A stretch of 7,902 nucleotides of DNA from a virus. Lineage: Duplodnaviria > Heunggongvirae > Uroviricota > Caudoviricetes. This document shows, piece by piece, positions 6,033-7,902 of this stretch. A program made the translations under genes and the position numbers. Within the stretch, counting starts at the first letter, position 1, and each line of letters begins with the position of its first letter. The notes under the pieces were generated by a model. That model ran no database searches. It had not been told where the DNA came from and saw nothing but the letters and a program-made list of their open reading frames with translations. Where the stretch lies: IMG/VR virus record IMGVR_UViG_2541047498_000013, one strand, 5' to 3'.

Positions 6033-6339
6033 CCCGGCGATAACGATTGATATGGCCCTGAACGCCGGCCTGGCACTTCTTGGTTATTTCTACATTATGT
6101 TCTGCAGCGGACGATGGCTGTCACTGTTGTTCATGAAAAAATGGAATAAACGCCGTAAGCAGGAGCAACGCCAGAAGGCAATGGATGCATTTTTCGAAGC
6201 CTTCGGAATTGACGGCATGGAACCAGGGGATCCAGCTCGCGCAATCAGCAGAGGGGGTGTAGTAATCCTTGTATATCGGAGTGAAGAGAAAAATGACGAT
6301 CACAAAACAACGTGTAGAAGAAATCATATCCCGCATTGA
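6022..6339 (+). CDS. Small predicted membrane protein (one hydrophobic helix followed by a basic KKWNKRRKQEQRQK stretch), function unknown
   Basis: GTG start with AGGAGGTG Shine-Dalgarno 5 nt upstream, overlapping the end of the DUF4406-like gene by 11 nt. Hydrophobic segment MALNAGLALLGYFYIMFCSGRWLSLLFM. A 71-aa antisense ORF (6121..6336) is considered less likely. Confidence 0.5.
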   Translation: MNIDPAITIDMALNAGLALLGYFYIMFCSGRWLSLLFMKKWNKRRKQEQRQKAMDAFFEAFGIDGMEPGDPARAISRGGVVILVYRSEEKNDDHKTTCRRNHIPH

Positions 6340-6610
6340 AATGTATGGACATGGTGCAGGGTATATCGCAGACGAGGTTAATGATCTGGCTATACTGGCG
6401 CTGAATTTATCAAATATCGCGAACCTGAAGCGATACGAGCTTGATATGGGAGGTTGCGACTCGTGCGGTCAGGATTGTGGCGCTGATATGACTGAAGATC
6501 CTGATGGTGATTATGTCCTGTTTGATGACGTGGTTAAGTTGTTTGAATTTGATACAACCACTCAAAAGTTAGAAATCCCGGCAAAGGAGGCAGCCAGTGG
6601 GCAAGATTGA
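6293..6610 (+). CDS. Hypothetical acidic phage protein with a Cys cluster (CDSCGQDCGAD)
   Basis: ORF open from TTG 6269. ATG 6293 (MTITKQRVEEI) chosen; start uncertain because no strong Shine-Dalgarno. Overlaps neighbours on both sides in a different frame. Confidence 0.5.
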   Translation: MTITKQRVEEIISRIEMYGHGAGYIADEVNDLAILALNLSNIANLKRYELDMGGCDSCGQDCGADMTEDPDGDYVLFDDVVKLFEFDTTTQKLEIPAKEAASGQD

Positions 6611-7034
6611 CTATCAGGCACTGCGTGAGGCAGCACAAAACTATCAATCGACGCTGGCGTGGTATCAGGCTACCCCGGACAGCCCAAATGCTGAACGGGA
6701 TTGTGATGCGGCTCTTGCTGCGTTTAAGCGTCACATCCGTCATCGGGAAGCGGATATTATCGCTGATTTGCTGGATGGACTGGAAGAAGCAAAATCACAA
6801 CTCAACGAGCAGCGTGAGTATTACGAAGGCGTTATCTCTGATGGGAGCAAGCGTATTGCTGAACTGGAAGCGCGGGAAGTTCAATTACCGACTCGCTACG
6901 ACCTTCGATATGGACACCCGATAAATGCAGATGAGCGACATGTCATGATACCTAAAGAAAATGGCAGTTGGCTTTACCTGATTGACCTAGAACACGCATT
7001 ACGCGTCGCTGGCATTCGCATCAAAGGAGAGTGA
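6597..7034 (+). CDS. Hypothetical phage protein (145 aa) with a predicted central coiled-coil-like region
   Basis: GTG start with AAGGAGG Shine-Dalgarno 6 nt upstream; overlaps the upstream gene by 14 nt; stop overlaps the next gene's Shine-Dalgarno. Confidence 0.6.
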   Translation: MGKIDYQALREAAQNYQSTLAWYQATPDSPNAERDCDAALAAFKRHIRHREADIIADLLDGLEEAKSQLNEQREYYEGVISDGSKRIAELEAREVQLPTRYDLRYGHPINADERHVMIPKENGSWLYLIDLEHALRVAGIRIKGE

Positions 7035-7035
7035 G

Positions 7036-7227
7036 ATGAACGGACAAATATCAATTGTTCGACCAGGAGCATGTGACGATCGCGAAATACGAATGATTAT
7101 TCGTCTGGCGATGGGGAAAACAATAACTGCTCTCATTACTCCAGAAAATCTCGCATTAGCATTAACAGGAAAGTCAGACATGCCAGTAGAGCTAAAGCTG
7201 CGAAATGTTGAGATTAAGGTGAAATAG
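7036..7227 (+). CDS. Hypothetical small phage protein (63 aa)
   Basis: ATG with AAGGAG Shine-Dalgarno 6 nt upstream, 1 nt after the upstream stop. Confidence 0.6.
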   Translation: MNGQISIVRPGACDDREIRMIIRLAMGKTITALITPENLALALTGKSDMPVELKLRNVEIKVK

Positions 7228-7229
7228 CT

Positions 7230-7787
7230 ATGACCACTATTACCAAAGATCGACTGCTGACAATCCAGCATTGGCGCGAAACATACGGACCGGGTAGCAA
7301 CGTTGTGCTTCCAGCAGAAGAAGCGGAAGAGCTGGCACGGATTGCGCTGGCATCACTGGCAGCAGTATCGGATGAACGAGCAGCCTATGAATTATTTATG
7401 GAGAAGCGTTTCGGAGAATCTGTAGATCGCCGCAGAGCAAAAAATGGCGATAGAGATTACATGGTATGGGATATGGCGCTTGGCTGGATTATCTGGTGTC
7501 ACCGCGCCGCCATGCTTCAGGCTGGAAACTTTCGGGAAAATAAGGGTTCGTCAACCAATAATTTTCGGGAAATCTCGGAAACGTCAACCAACTATCCGGC
7601 AATCCCTGATGAGGTGTTGTCCGCAATCCTGAAGGTCGCCAGGCTTCGTGCAGATTTCGATGCTTCTGAAGTGGACAGGCGAGGTATCGGTAGTTGTCTG
7701 GATGAGGCCGAGCAAGAACTTATCGTTACCATTAACGAATACGCCAGTCAGATCGCAGTAGAAGCGACACAGGGGGAGAACCAATGA
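7230..7787 (+). CDS. Hypothetical phage protein (185 aa)
   Basis: ATG 2 nt after the upstream stop with AAGGTG 7-8 nt upstream; long ORF co-oriented with the cassette. No family recognised. Confidence 0.6.
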   Translation: MTTITKDRLLTIQHWRETYGPGSNVVLPAEEAEELARIALASLAAVSDERAAYELFMEKRFGESVDRRRAKNGDRDYMVWDMALGWIIWCHRAAMLQAGNFRENKGSSTNNFREISETSTNYPAIPDEVLSAILKVARLRADFDASEVDRRGIGSCLDEAEQELIVTINEYASQIAVEATQGENQ

Positions 7788-7861
7788 GCCGGCCAGATGC
7801 ATTTGCAGGCGTTGCTATAGCTATTGCTTTTCTAGTATATGTTATTTGTCGGTGGGGGTAA
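7784..7861 (+). CDS. Unannotated 25-aa hydrophobic peptide (MSRPDAFAGVAIAIAFLVYVICRWG), predicted single-pass membrane peptide
   Basis: ATG overlaps the upstream stop (ATGA) and is preceded by GGGGAG 6 nt upstream. Below the length cut-off of the supplied ORF track. Hydrophobic core AGVAIAIAFLVYVI. Confidence 0.45.
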   Translation: MSRPDAFAGVAIAIAFLVYVICRWG

Positions 7862-7896
7862 AAACGTTCGCCGGGATTCACACCAAGGGAGGGAAT

Positions 7897-7902
7897 ATGT
7901 CG
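7897..7902 (+). CDS. Start of a further rightward gene (only 2 codons in window)
   Basis: ATG at 7897 preceded by AAGGGAGGG 3-4 nt upstream; truncated by the window edge. Confidence 0.35.

Noticed and set aside
1-7902. Looked for CRISPR arrays, tRNA/rRNA genes, integrase/attachment sites and insertion-sequence inverted repeats
   Set aside because: No regularly spaced repeat-spacer array, no tRNA-like cloverleaf region, no integrase or transposase-like ORF and no terminal inverted repeats were recognisable; the window appears to be internal to a prophage.

Overview
This window reads as the early-control, replication and start of a nin-like region of a lambdoid (Rac / CP-933P-like) prophage from an enterobacterium such as E. 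coli or Shigella. All family assignments are from reading the six-frame translations and recalling motifs; no database search was run. Left to right: the 5' end of a leftward small gene (1..121), a palindromic operator-like site, then a leftward operon of a CI-like HTH regulator (905..1306), a PaaA2-like antitoxin (686..877) and a ParE-family toxin (399..686), closed by a hairpin plus T-tract terminator. A second copy of the same palindrome lies between the regulator and a divergent rightward Cro-like (YdaS-like) gene overlapping a YdaT-like gene. Next come a 169-aa unknown, a replication initiator with two internal clusters of 11-bp-phased AAGGGGCTT repeats followed by a hexanucleotide repeat and an A-rich tract (candidate origin), and a DnaC-like helicase loader. 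The right third is a tightly coupled run of small genes of unknown function, including a DUF4406-like protein, a small membrane protein and an unannotated 25-aa hydrophobic peptide. No rRNA, tRNA, CRISPR array or transposase was seen. The most system-like candidates are the toxin-antitoxin module embedded in the immunity switch and the overlapping small-gene cassette at 5416..7861.
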